Assembly (NCBI GenBank): GCA_965202585.1
Contig: OZ241832.1
Location: 51,150,001 to 51,214,000, forward strand
Direction of reading: 5' to 3'
DNA from: Thalia democratica
Lineage: Eukaryota
Length of the DNA: 64,000 nucleotides
Position numbers and translations under genes: made by a program
The notes under the pieces: generated by a model
Databases searched by the model: none
Seen by the model: only the letters and a program-made list of their open reading frames with translations
What the model was told of the DNA's origin: nothing
Part shown: positions 37,594 through 49,741 of the stretch, in pieces
How the letters are laid out: each line of letters opens with the position of its first letter
Position numbering within the stretch: position 1 is the stretch's first letter

Positions 37594-38799
37594 TGCAGGA
37601 ACTTTAAATTTAATAAAAACTTTTTGATTTAAATTGTAAGTTGTTATAATGTAAAAGTTTAAAAGTTAAAACTAAATTTAAATTATTTAAAAGTTTTTGT
37701 TATTTAAAACTATTAAAAGTGTGTTGTATTTTTTAAAACTACTAGTTTGATTTTTTAGCCAAAAACTTCGAAGAAACTTGGTTAATTATATAGAACAAAC
37801 AAGATTAAAAATTAGTTGGACTTATAAATCAAACATTTATTTTTTTACGTCTTTGTTTAATTTAAACCGAAAATGTCATATACACAAAGCAAAACAAGAC
37901 GAATCATTTAAGATGTTTTTGTCTAAATTGAATAAGAATCGTAAGCTCCATTAAATTTTTAAGAATAAGAATAAAAAATAGTTTAACTACCACGTCAGAA
38001 CTAACTAATGACGGTTTTGATTAATCTAATCTAAAAATGTCATAATTACAAAGCAAGACAAATCATTTGAGATGTTTTTGTCTATATTGAATAAGAATTG
38101 TAAGCTCTATTAGTTTTTTTTACGAAAACGTGTTTATAACGAATAAGTATTAAAAACGCAAATACCTGATTTTTAGTAACTGGCTTACCTTCTTTTAGTA
38201 TCAGATAACCGAGTAAAAAAATTATAAGATGTTTGATTCTAAATACTAAATTTATTTATGTTAGAAAGTACAAAATGGGTATACAGACTTTTAAACTATT
38301 AATTATATAATAGTTTATGTAAACAAACGCTTTTATAAAGTTTATGTGTTCTTTAGTTTAGAAGCATTTTTAGTTTACTAATTCGTCACACTTTGAAGAG
38401 TATAAATTTTAATAAATAAGAATAAAAGTACATAAATATACAAGTCAAAATATTTTTTACTGACTTTTAGAAATATAAAGCTAATTTTTAATAAATGTTA
38501 TATTAGTCTCAGAGGGAATTAAAAAAGTTATTTATTTTGGTCTAAGGATTTGAAACCTATTATTTCATGTAAAACGGATTGAAAAATAGTAAATGATTTT
38601 AATTGATTTGTTAAGCTAAACTATTTAGTTAAAACAAAAAAAGAATTTCATTTTAATACATTCAAAAATTGTTGTGTCTGAATAAATCAAACCATTATTA
38701 CAGGAAGCTAAATGTTTATAATACTAGCAAGCTTTTTAAGTTTCTGTTATAAAATTAGGTGCTCCGTTTTTGAAAATAAAGGTTGAATTTAAGCGCTTG

Positions 38800-40140
38800 T
38801 AAAGAATTTACTGTGATATTTATCTGATCAAAAAGTAACATTATAATGAAAAATTTTAACTTTTTTAAAAAGCTGTTAAACACTTTTAATTCAGTTTTAT
38901 ACGATAGAATTAAGATTTTAGTAATTGAGAAGTCGGAAACATAGGTTTAAAAATCTAGTAGTAAATAAAAGTTGCAATAAATAATCTTTTTGTAAATGTA
39001 AAGGTTATAATTTTTTTTGTTTCTAACTAGAGATCTTTATGATTCGCGAACTGCTATACCAAAATATGTTCTCTTATAAAGACTCTGCTTCAATAAAAAA
39101 GTCATAGCTAGCAACCTAATCGATAACAATTGGTTTGTTAAATAAACATTTTTTTGATTTTAGAAACGGATGTAGTTAGAAGTAAACTTTTAAAAAAATT
39201 ACAAAAAATATAAAATTGTAGTTGCTCATCTTTATACTTTCAGATGACAAGTAAATGATTTTTTTATGTAACCTCCAGCCAGATTTAAGCAAGTACAATG
39301 TTATAGGCTTGTAAAGACAAAGTAAATTTATTTAATTTCAAAAACGCTCTTTTTATTAACACAACTGTTAAATTTTAGTTGTATTATATTGTGCTAGCTG
39401 TTATTATAACAACAAAAAAGAATTAACTTTCTGTACTAAACGAATTTACATTGATTAAGCTATTTTTCAAATTTAATTATGAAACTTAAAAGTAATAAGT
39501 TTAAATGCATGCATATTTTGATCAAGCGAAACTACCAAAATTAGTTTATTTTTCTTGATCGTATATATAATTCTTATTGAATTTCTTAAATAAGTCATAA
39601 AAACTCTTAATCTGCAAATTAAATAATCAGTCAAGAAAGAATACTTTTGTTTTTGTTTAGCTCTATTTTATGATGATGTTCTTCTCAGAAAAAGGCTCTT
39701 TTAGATTTTTTATTAGATAAACAATTATTCTGCCTGTTTTTTTTTAGTTTTTGAAATCCAATTATCTCAGGATAAGCAAAAATTATTTGTGCAGAAATTT
39801 ACTGAATTTTCTTAGCAAAAAAAGTCAAACAAGTTTATAGACTTCAGTAACATAGTAACTCCAATGGATAAATCAAATATAATTTCTTCTGTTTTCTTAG
39901 TAATACATTACACACCTCTTTATCTTAAATAGGTACAGTTGCATGACAATAAAGGACATTTCTTATGATGAGTTTAAATTATTTTAAAATATATTAAGTT
40001 TTAAGCAAAAAAATTCTAGAAACACTTACAGTTTATCGTGATTCGTGACACTTTTTTGTTAGTATTTTGTTTTTGTAATTTTAATTCTTGTAGTTGACTA
40101 AAAGTTGACTTATAGCCATCGACCACGACACCGATAGGTA
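38800..40140 (-). pseudogene. Decayed Penelope-like retroelement (RT/thumb region)
   Basis: Homologous at the nucleotide level to 61250-63080 (e.g. AAATTTCTGCACAAA...TTTGCTTATCCTGAGA). Degenerate FLD*LFNL...Y..N..IY, AYNIVLAKSG and IFWY motifs. Boundaries approximate. Confidence 0.6.
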
Positions 40141-40340
40141 CTCATCTTTGCATATATAAAATGAGACTTTTTTTGTATAGATATTTTTAATATAAACCCT
40201 TATCTCTAACCCGTCTTACCCAAACATGTAACAAGCACATCAAGAAGTAAAAGTTTTAACATTAAAGTTTGAAACTAACATAAAAAAAAGTCTCGGTTTG
40301 ATATTTGCAAACGATTTGTAGGTTTTTGAACCACTATAGT

Positions 40341-40447
40341 TTGTTGAACGATAAAAAAACGTATTTTGTCCTAGGACTTGGTGCACGAAGAACCTTAAGG
40401 TTATTAAGTCGCACACCACGGATACATTCTCATGTCTTATCCAGGAC
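40341..40447 (-). repeat. SINE-like dispersed repeat copy
   Basis: Reverse complement GTCCTGGATAAGACATG...GTGGTGTGCGACTTAATAACC...GTGCACCAAGTCCTAGGAC. Confidence 0.6.
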
Positions 40448-40570
40448 ATAAAGAATTTTTGAAAATGGTTTTTAGCTTAAAATATTCTATATCATTTTTA
40501 TACATTATTACTAATTAATCCAACAATTTTTCATTGTGAATTTCAAATATTCATCATTAGTTAAACTATT

Positions 40571-40684
40571 GTCCTGGGCATGACGTTAAACTGTTATGGT
40601 GTATGACTCGATAACCGAAAGGTTTTTTGTAGACCAGGTCTTAGGACTAAACTTTTTGAGCGTATTTTTTGTCATTAAATAAAC
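40571..40684 (+). repeat. SINE-like dispersed repeat copy
   Basis: GTCCTGGGCATGACGTTAAAC...GACTCGATAACCGAAAGG...CCAGGTCTTAGGAC...TTTTGAGCG...GTCATTAAATAAAC. Confidence 0.6.
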
Positions 40685-42513
40685 AGTATATATTTGAACA
40701 TTTATCGTAAAGCTCATATCTATTAATCAGTTGTCAATAAGGGTTTTTTTTAATTATTTTTCAAACTAGTAGTATGTTTTTCTTTTAAAATATTAATCAA
40801 CAGTTAGTATCTAAAAGCTATATCTACAAATCTGACAAGAACTATTTGTTTATTTTTTAAATTATCGCCTCTAATTTAAAATTTTTTATGTTAAATGTTC
40901 AAGTTTTAGCTAATACTGAATGTCTACCACTAGTTTACTCAAAGATCAGTCAGAGTTTAAAAATGTTAAATCAGCAAAAATAAAGAGCTTTTTTCAAGTT
41001 AAATTGAATATAAACTATTTGAACTTAAATGTTTTGATTAATTTTTATTATGTTTGGGTAAAGTGGGTTAGTTAGGGATATGGGTATAAAAGAATAAAAA
41101 TAAAAAGCTGTAGAAAATTTGCTGACTAATCTTTTTTTGCACAGCACAGGCCACAGACTAACCTTTAAAGACTTTTTCAACATTTAGTAACATTTTTCCA
41201 ATTGTCTAAGTTATTTTTTAAATTTACCTATATTTAGTAATAAGCTTATTAAGCAGACTTAAAAAAAAAACATTGTCATTAATTTATTAGTAGTTTAGTT
41301 ATATTTGATTACATTATATTATTTTAATGTTTAAACTTTTGATAAGACACTTATATCATGCTTTAAAAAAATGTGATTTAACAAAAACTATGGCTGTTTT
41401 TTTAACTTTAGTTGTTTACTCAAACGTGTTTTATTTATTTATGTTGTTTCTTTTTAAACTGTAGTATTGTATTTTCCTAATAAAGTTTGGAGAAAATTTT
41501 AAAACGAAGTGCTTTCTGGCAACTCAAAGACTGTCTTATATACATCAATCTATAAATTCATTTAGTAGAAGCAATTTTAGATAATACTTTGTAGTTGAAA
41601 CAGTAAAGTTTGGAAATTTAAAAAGTCTAGAGTAGACCCTAAAACAGCCCTTTATAATACTTTTAAAGTTCAATTACTTTAAAAGTTTATACTTTATAAG
41701 TAATGTTAGTCGGTACAAATTTTTTATACCAACTGTTTACGACGATTAAGGATGTAATTTTTTAGTTTAACCAAACAGAAATTTGTTGAGGTTTAGTGTT
41801 TAGTTTTCAACATAAGCAATCTGACAAGACAACCTTAGTACTAATAAATACAAATATCACGTTGATAAGTATGTCGTTTTTTTTTTAAATGCTAATAATA
41901 TATTAAGTCAACTCTACCTAGAAAATGTAGTAAAAAGCCATGGTTGAATTATTATAAGAATAAACTAATTTTTATTTTTTTGTTCTGTTATTTTGGTAAT
42001 TAAACTTAGCTCAAGAAAAATTTATTTATTCAGGTTGTCGTGTCACTTATTAAAAACAATTTTAGTTTCTCTAATGGTGCTTTTTTAATTTGAACCAATT
42101 TAAAAGACCATTCTTAAATTTTGAGAAATCATGTGAATTCTAGATTTTTCTTGATTCTCATGTAACTTGTAGTCTATTCAGGAATTATAGCATTTATTTT
42201 TTTTAATGTTTTTAGTTGAATTAAAACATATAAGAAAATAATGCTGTTAGAAAACTCACATAGCTATTATCATAGTAATTTAACTCTATGATTTGTTGGC
42301 ATATTGTTTTTAATGAATAATTAAACTGCAATTTCTCACAACCATGGTCAATAGACTGGTGTTGAGAAAAAAAATTTTGTCATCAAACTACACTCAGTTT
42401 TTAAGATAAAATGTGTGACCTAGTGCCATAGTGGTCTTAATGATGGCTTGGAAAACTAGATGAGTTGATTGTTACAAGATCCAAACCCAAGGCCGATATA
42501 TATATACAAAAAA

Positions 42514-42928
42514 CAGGGTTGCCAAAAAAATACCTGGAGTTTTACAACTTGGACAAAAAAGACCTGCAAAAATATGGAATTTGAAAATTAAAAAAAAAAA
42601 CCTGATAAAACTGGGAATTTTGAAGAAAAGTCACTAAAAATATGGATTAAACAGTTTTTACATGTAAAACTAAAAAAAAAAGTTAAATAAGTTAAGTTAA
42701 ATCTGTCTAACACCAAATTTTTTAAAAATTAATTAGATATTATTAATTGAAAATATATTTATAGTAACATTACATTACAGTATACTTTAAATTTTTTTAT
42801 ATTATTTAGACAGATTATTACCTTTAAATAATTTTATACTAAAAAAGGACTAACAAATTTTTGTTTTTAAAATTTTGTAAGATATTCAGAAAACAGTAAA
42901 AAAGTTCAAAAAGTCTTTGGCAAGCCTA
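42514..42928 (+). mobile_element. hAT-type MITE, CAGGGTTGCC family
   Basis: Left TIR CAGGGTTGCC, internal ACCTGGAA repeats, degenerate right TIR TGGCAAGCCT. Confidence 0.65.
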
Positions 42929-42978
42929 AAAAAAAATCAAACACTTAAATGATACACATTACCTATAGAGCTAATAAA

Positions 42979-43391
42979 CAGGGTTGCCACTTTACCTGGA
43001 ATTTGACAATGTATGGCAAAAAAACCTGGCAAAACCTGGAATTTGAGAAATAATGAAAAAAAAGGAAAACATGAAACTTTGAACATAAACCACTAGAAAA
43101 ACCTGATATTTTAAACAATTTTTTTTATGTTAAGTGAAAAAATAATAATTTCACTCAAAGAATCTATCATATAAATAAAAAAAATTGTTTATCATCAAAA
43201 TGTTTTTTTTTATTAAAAAACATGTTTAAAATAGCCTTACAATACCTTTCCAAAATTTTTATACTTTTTAACACAGTTTCATACCTTTAACTTAACTCTA
43301 AACTATAAATAGACCCAAAAATATGTGCTTTTAAAAACCTGGAAAAAATTTGGAAATCCTAAAAAAAAAATTGAAAGCAAGTGGTAACCCT
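42979..43391 (+). mobile_element. hAT-type MITE, CAGGGTTGCC family
   Basis: CAGGGTTGCCAC...GTGGTAACCCT; flanks share TAATAAA. Confidence 0.75.
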
Positions 43392-43604
43392 TAATAAAAT
43401 GATGAAATAAAAATATTTGTTCAGAAAAATTTTTGGTAAAATTTTAAGACAAATAATTTAAGTGTAGCATTCTTATGTGTACAATCAAAATAAAAGTTGT
43501 TTAAAAAATGTTTTCATTTACACTGATTTTTAAGTTAACAGAGAATGAGATGAAAAATAACAAAAACAAAGTAAACCTAACTTTTCACTGTTATTTGTCT
43601 CTTA

Positions 43605-44503
43605 CAGGGTTACAAAAAAACCTGGAATCCTGGAAAAACCTGGAAATTTAAACAATTTTTACATTTTAAGGGCACAAAGGCAGGTAAAACACTTTTTTCA
43701 CAATTTGATCTTATTTTATATAGTTTTTACTAAGCTACAATAGGCTTTTTAAAGATTTAAAAAAACCAAAATAGTTTTTGAGATATAGCCGGTCAAAGTC
43801 GGAGGCAACAATAGGTTCCTTATGAGAGGCTCAAACTAAAAGGGCAAATAACTAGAAATCACTAAAAATCTATCTCCTACGTTTTTTGAGATAACTACCT
43901 CAAATTTTCAGGAAGTTTTCCTTGCAATATTTAAAAAACTCTGTCTGAAAGAATTAAAAACAAAAACTTTTTTTTTAATATGAAATTTTTATTTTTTATC
44001 TTTGCTGTTTTAGTTTGCGCCTTCCATAAGGAACCTATTGTTGCCTCCGGCTATATCTCAAAAATTATTTTGAATTTTTTAAATCTTAAAAAAGCATCTT
44101 GTAGTTAGTATAAACTATATAAAATAAGATCAATTTGTGAAAAAAGTGTTTACCCCCTATGCTCTTAAACTTTATAATAATTATTTGTAAACATAATCAA
44201 AACTGGTACACCACTAAACAAAAAAGTAAAATCCAGTGTTTATTTTCTCTATGCCCTTAAGTACAAACATTTTGATTAGGCAGAAAAAATCTATCATATA
44301 GATAATTATTTTTTTCATCAAAGTTTTTTTTTGTTAAAAAAAAAAGCATATTTAAGTAGCTTTACAGAATTTTTTCATTGTTATTATAATATTTAACACA
44401 GTTAAACTTTACCAATAATAGACCCAAAAATGTGTACTTTTTAAAACCTGGAGGAAATTTTTAAAATCTTAAGAAAATTTGCCAAAAACATTTTGCAATC
44501 CTG
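43605..44503 (+). mobile_element. hAT-type MITE, CAGGGTTGCC family, interrupted by a Kolobok-like element
   Basis: CAGGGTTAC at 43605; family sequence resumes at ~44280 and ends TGCAATCCTG at 44503. Confidence 0.6.
43670..44164. mobile_element. Kolobok-like (TTAA-flanked, RR..YY ends) fold-back MITE, 495 bp
   Basis: TTAA at 43666-43669 and 44165-44168; long (~150-175 bp) imperfect inverted arms (e.g. GGAGGCAACAATAGGTTCCTTATG / CATAAGGAACCTATTGTTGCCTCC). Confidence 0.75.
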
Positions 44504-44697
44504 GTCTTATTTAATACTTTATTTATAGTTATTTATATATGTTATTTTAGAAAATTATTATTATTCAGCCTCTAAGCTTTTCCAATTATGGAACTTAATA
44601 ACAACAGTTGAACATCTAATCAGTAGTTTCCTAGTTTTATAAATTGTCCTTAAGTAGATTCCAGAGAAATTATATAATCTTATACATAGTCTACTTT

Positions 44698-45040
44698 TAG
44701 GGGGTCGCTACACTTTCAAGATACGCAAGATAACTAAAAAAAGTTCCTTTTTTTTTGAAATCTCAGGATAAGTCAGGCTAATTTAAAATAAAAATAAAAA
44801 AACTCATGACCCATGCCCCACTTAATTTTTTTTTAACACAGGATAGTTTAAAATTTTTGGAAATCTCGGACAAGTTTTTTATATTTGAAAAAATTATTAT
44901 TTGATTTAGTTTCAATGTTATGTTTTTTATATCCAATTTTTTTAAAGAACTTTTATTTTATTGATTAAGTTTTTTTTAAGAATTTGAAACAACTCAGGAT
45001 GACACAGACAGTTTTTTAGACTCAAAGAGTGGCAACCCTG
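44698..45040 (+). mobile_element. hAT-type MITE, CTCAGG subfamily
   Basis: Degenerate left TIR AGGGGGTCGCTAC; right end ACTCAAAGAGTGGCAACCCTG. Confidence 0.65.
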
Positions 45041-45331
45041 TTAAGTCAGCTTTATTATGACTACTCTAAAAAGTTAGAAAATTAAAAAATCTCTATAGAA
45101 ATTTTTTAGTTCACTCAAAGGAATATTGATAATTTTACAGCTTTATTTCCATGTGTAGTAAACTAATTTTTATACACAATATTATGCACATTTAGATGAT
45201 AACTGGCTAAAGTTATTAGATGCAAACTAACTGAAAAACTTCAATACCAATTTACTTTGGACAGTTTCTATCAGAAACTAGCAGTCTAATAACAAATAGT
45301 TTTAAAAATATTAGAAAGTATAAGCAATGTA

Positions 45332-45750
45332 TAGGGTTCCAACTTTACCTGGAATTTGACAATTTAGGCAAAAAAAAACTGGAACAACCTGGAATTTGAG
45401 AAATTTTGAAAAAAAAAAGACCTATGATTTTGATCAAAAATACTAAAAAAACCTGAAAAATACAGAAATTTTAATATTTTTCACATGTCCAGTAGTAAAA
45501 TTTTGATTTAACTCAAAAATCTATTATATGAATAAAAAGTTTTTGTCTTCATCAAATTTTTTTATTAAAAAACGTACCTAAAGTAGCTTTACTGTATCTA
45601 TTCAATGTTTTTATACTATTTAACACAGTTTCTTACCTTAAACTTAACTTTAAACTTTATATAGACCCAAAAATGTGTACTTTTAAAAACCTGGAAGAAG
45701 ACTGGAAAACCTCAAAAATTAAAAAAAAAAAAAAACGAGTGGCAACCCTG
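45332..45750 (+). mobile_element. hAT-type MITE, CAGGGTTGCC family
   Basis: TAGGGTTCCAAC...GAGTGGCAACCCTG; flanks share AATGTA. Confidence 0.75.
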
Positions 45751-48138
45751 AATGTACCAAAATTAGAGATTTGTTTATTTTGGGTTTACTTCCAAATGTT
45801 GGAACCCTTTACGTATAGTCCCTTTACATATTGTTGATAATCTAGTTAAGTTGATTATAAAATCATGAAGCAAAAAGCTCTTTTTTCTCTCTTTAAGTTT
45901 ATTAATTTTTCTTTATAAATTTCTGTAGAAAGTACAAGATCGTTCTAGATTAGTTTGTATTATATATGATGTTTCTAATATTTTAAACTTCCTTAATTTT
46001 GTAGTTATAGGATTGGGTTAAGTCAACTAATGCTAATTAGTTGGTACAAAAACTGATATTTTATTCATTTATTTTTTAAGTTTTAACTTGCAATAAATTT
46101 AATTTCTTAATTTTTAAGTACTTGAGTATGATAGTAATATTCTATTGTAATTTTTTTTTACAAATTTAAAGATTTAAATGAGTTATTGTAGAGTATTTGA
46201 ATACTTATATATGCTTTACTTTTTCATAATATGATTAAGACTACTTATTTACTATTATAAATAAAAGAAAACTGTTACAGTATTAGTGAGTATGAAAACT
46301 TACAAAAATACTTGAAAACCTTTGTGGTTTATGATAGAGTTTTAGTTTAACAGTCCTCAGCCTTCTATGAGAAATATGCTAGGTTTATTAAAAATATATC
46401 TTTTCAGACAACAATATAATAACTCTTTGGGGGCTATGTTATTTTTGAAACATTTAACTGTGAAATGAAAGTTGTATTCAAGTGAGCAATGTTTAAAGAA
46501 ATGAAAATTAAATAGGTTACTGAGAAGCAAAAAATGATCATAGTTGTTAACTTATTAAAATGCTTAAACTTACCTTTTCTAAACTAGAAACTATTAGCTT
46601 AAAAACACATTGTAAGTCATAAATTTTAATAACACTGTTTTAAATAACTGTATAACAGACAGCTGTTAAAATAATAACACTGTAAAAGTCATGATAGTAA
46701 ATGAACAATGTTATAAGTATGTATTGCAGACATTTTGTTACTAGTGTTAGAGTTGTAAAATTTTTTTCTTATATAACTATATGGTTAATACCTCTTTTAA
46801 ATTTTAGATGCTTTTTGCATGCAAAACTACAAGTAATTATGTTGTGGATATAACAAGATAAAAGAAAATATAGTGTATGTTGATAGTAAATACAGGTTTT
46901 AGCTGTACTGCAAAATAAAAACAAATCAGGCCAGTGACTTAAAAAATACTAGTAAATGTTCAAAAAAAAAAAAAGACACCCAGTAGAATTATGAACTTCA
47001 AGTTTTTGGTAAAATTATAGACAGTTATCTTTTCCTTAATTTACCTCCTAAAATGGTAAGAAAGCACTATTAATATCATTTAATTTATCAATAAAGATAA
47101 CAAGTATGGTTTGCAAAAAATCATATTTATTTTACCTCAATTGGTTTTAGCCTAATAAATTAAAATTATTTTTAACTCATATTGATCAAAGTATAAAAGT
47201 ATTTTTAAAATTTATGAGAATTAATCTGACTCTCTCTTTTGTAACAATAAATCTTTTTCAAATGTCTGCATCATGTGTAATTGTCTATTTTGAAAATAAC
47301 TTCACTCATCTTAAATTGGTTGGAAAAAAAAATGTTATGGTAAAGCGGAATCCTGCATGATAATCTATTTTGATATTTCCATTTTAATATTGATTTATTC
47401 TAAGTTTTGACAGTACAGAACTGTAGTAATTATTGTAAGCTTATAAAAATAGGACTGCCAGACACTATTAATAACTCAAACTGGTTTGAAAAATAAAACT
47501 ATGGCTGACTAAGATTGTTTAGTTTTTTTTTCAAAACTCAGATATTAAAATATTTTTGTTAATTTTTATGCACTTTATTCAATTTTTTCATTCAAATTGG
47601 GTTTTTGTTTTTTTCTAATATTTTTAGATATTTAAACTTAAGTATCCTTTCTGTTTTTGGATCATGTTAATTTTTCAATTCTATTATAAGCTCATGTTTG
47701 CTTGATAGCACTTTTTTGCATTAGTTTTTGGCCATTCAGACATTTTTTGGTTCAAGTAGTAACAACTATGATTTAACTAATTGTAGTTAAATTTATCATA
47801 ACATTAGTTAGAAAATCTATTTACCTTATTATTTTAATTGTCATGTATATTAAGATTAATATTGTTCTGTTATTATATACATTTAAACATTATCTTAAAT
47901 TTCTTCTACAAATTTCTATCCTTTCTAAGCAAAGTGTATAATTACTATATTAAATTAAATAATCACTGTTTTCTTACTTGGAAATGTGTAAAAACTAGAG
48001 GGGCTAAGATGTTAAAATTTTACTTAAGTTTCATTACAATTTTTTTTTATCAGTCATTTAAGTGTCAATAAACTAATGTTGTGGTCTGAAAAGTTCTAGT
48101 TTAAATTACATGGCTAACTTTTGGTCAAAGTTTATATA

Positions 48139-48565
48139 CAGGCTTACCACTTTAACAACAAAATGTTCTCAGAAAGGTTAATGTTCTAAGTTAGGCACCA
48201 TGGTAGTAAAACAGTTATAATTAATTTTTCCTGGAAACCTGAAACTTGACAATTTAGGCAAAAAAAACCTGGATTTTGAGAAATTTTGAAAAAAAAAAAC
48301 AGGCAAAACCTGGAATTTTAACAATTTTCACATGTTCAGTAGTAAAATTTTGATTCGACTCAAAAAACCTATCATATAAATAATAAGTTTTTGTCACCAT
48401 TAAAATTTTATTTTTATTAAAAATCTTATTTAAAGTAGGTTTACAGTAACTTTTCAATGTTTTAACACAGTTTCTTACCCAAACTTAACTTTAAACTAAA
48501 AGTAGACCCAAAATGTGTACTTTTAAAAACCTGGAAAAATTTTGGAAAAGCGAGTGGCAACCCTG
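48139..48565 (+). mobile_element. hAT-type MITE, CAGGGTTGCC family
   Basis: CAGGCTTACCAC...GAGTGGCAACCCTG; interior colinear with 45332-45750. Confidence 0.7.
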
Positions 48566-48854
48566 TATGTACTTGATGTTGGTGGTCTTTATTTTACTAA
48601 AAACCTCATTTCAAACAAAGGTAACCCACTAAACAATGTGCAACTTAACTGTGACCTAACAATCTAGCTAAAAAAAAAAGCTTGTTAGAAAAATATTTTG
48701 GAACATGGTTGCAACAGGCTCATGCCACTCAAGCCAACTCTACCTGCTTGAAACTTTTTTAGGTTTTTTTTTTAAACTTAGGTTGGCTAAAGCTTGTTTG
48801 AATTTTTCAAAATAAAACCAGAATTGAATATTAGTCTAGTTATAATGACTTTAA

Positions 48855-49098
48855 CAGGGTTGCTACACACTCAATATACTCAGGCCAACTCAGTATATTT
48901 TGAAGTTTTTGAAAATTTTAGGATGACTTCGGACATAATTTTTTCTAGATTTTGAATATGATTTAATTTGATTCAAATTCAATCTTTTGTAATTTTATTA
49001 ACAATTTTGTTGAAGAACTTGACTTTTATTAATTATGGAAATTAAGAAAAGTTTAATGTCATTCACAATGTTTTTATTTAACTCAAAGAGTGGCAACC
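48855..49098 (+). mobile_element. hAT-type MITE, CTCAGG subfamily
   Basis: CAGGGTTGCTAC...ACTCAAAGAGTGGCAACC; colinear with 44698-45040. Confidence 0.7.
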
Positions 49099-49741
49099 AA
49101 GCTTTAGAATAGTATTTTTTCTAAGATCCGAAATATATTAAAAAATTTCTGTGTTTTGAAAATCTGAAAATATTTGGTATCTAATTTTTTTGTTACAAAA
49201 TATAGTTTGGAGTTATTTAAATTTTAACTCTAATTGCCACTTTTATGTTTAGTAGCTGGAACGTTAGTAATTTTTGTTGTAGTATAAGAAAATATTCTTA
49301 TGGTTTCCTTAAACTAGCTCGTTTTTTGAAAAATAAAGATAAGTTTTTTCTTTATCACATAATGACTAGTTGAATAAAAAACTATAAATGTAAAAATTTA
49401 ATAAATACATTTTTATCCTAAAACATGTTTAAGACTTTTTAGTTGTTTTAAATGCTTAGCTAATAGTACAAGGAAAATTAAACTGAACAACACTAATATA
49501 GATTGTTGGTACTAGTTTTAGCTATCTTTTTTGTATTAAAAAGTAGTAAACATTTATTAAGAAATCACCATAACACTACAAATTTCACAACTCTTGTTTT
49601 AGAAAACTGAGCTGTTTAATTTAACCTCAACTCTCTGTTTTTGTAAAAAAGAAATAAAATTTATTCAAATCATTTATACTCTACTATCCATACCAATACA
49701 AAACTTGAATTGTTTACAGAACACATTGGTAAATAGTTATA

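Larger units (their letters stand above)
27992..38529 (+). repeat. Tandem segmental duplication, copy B (~10.5 kb)
   Basis: Colinear with copy A; carries two extra MITEs (30746-30868, 33035-33817) and lacks the 23147-23644 insertion. Confidence 0.95.
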
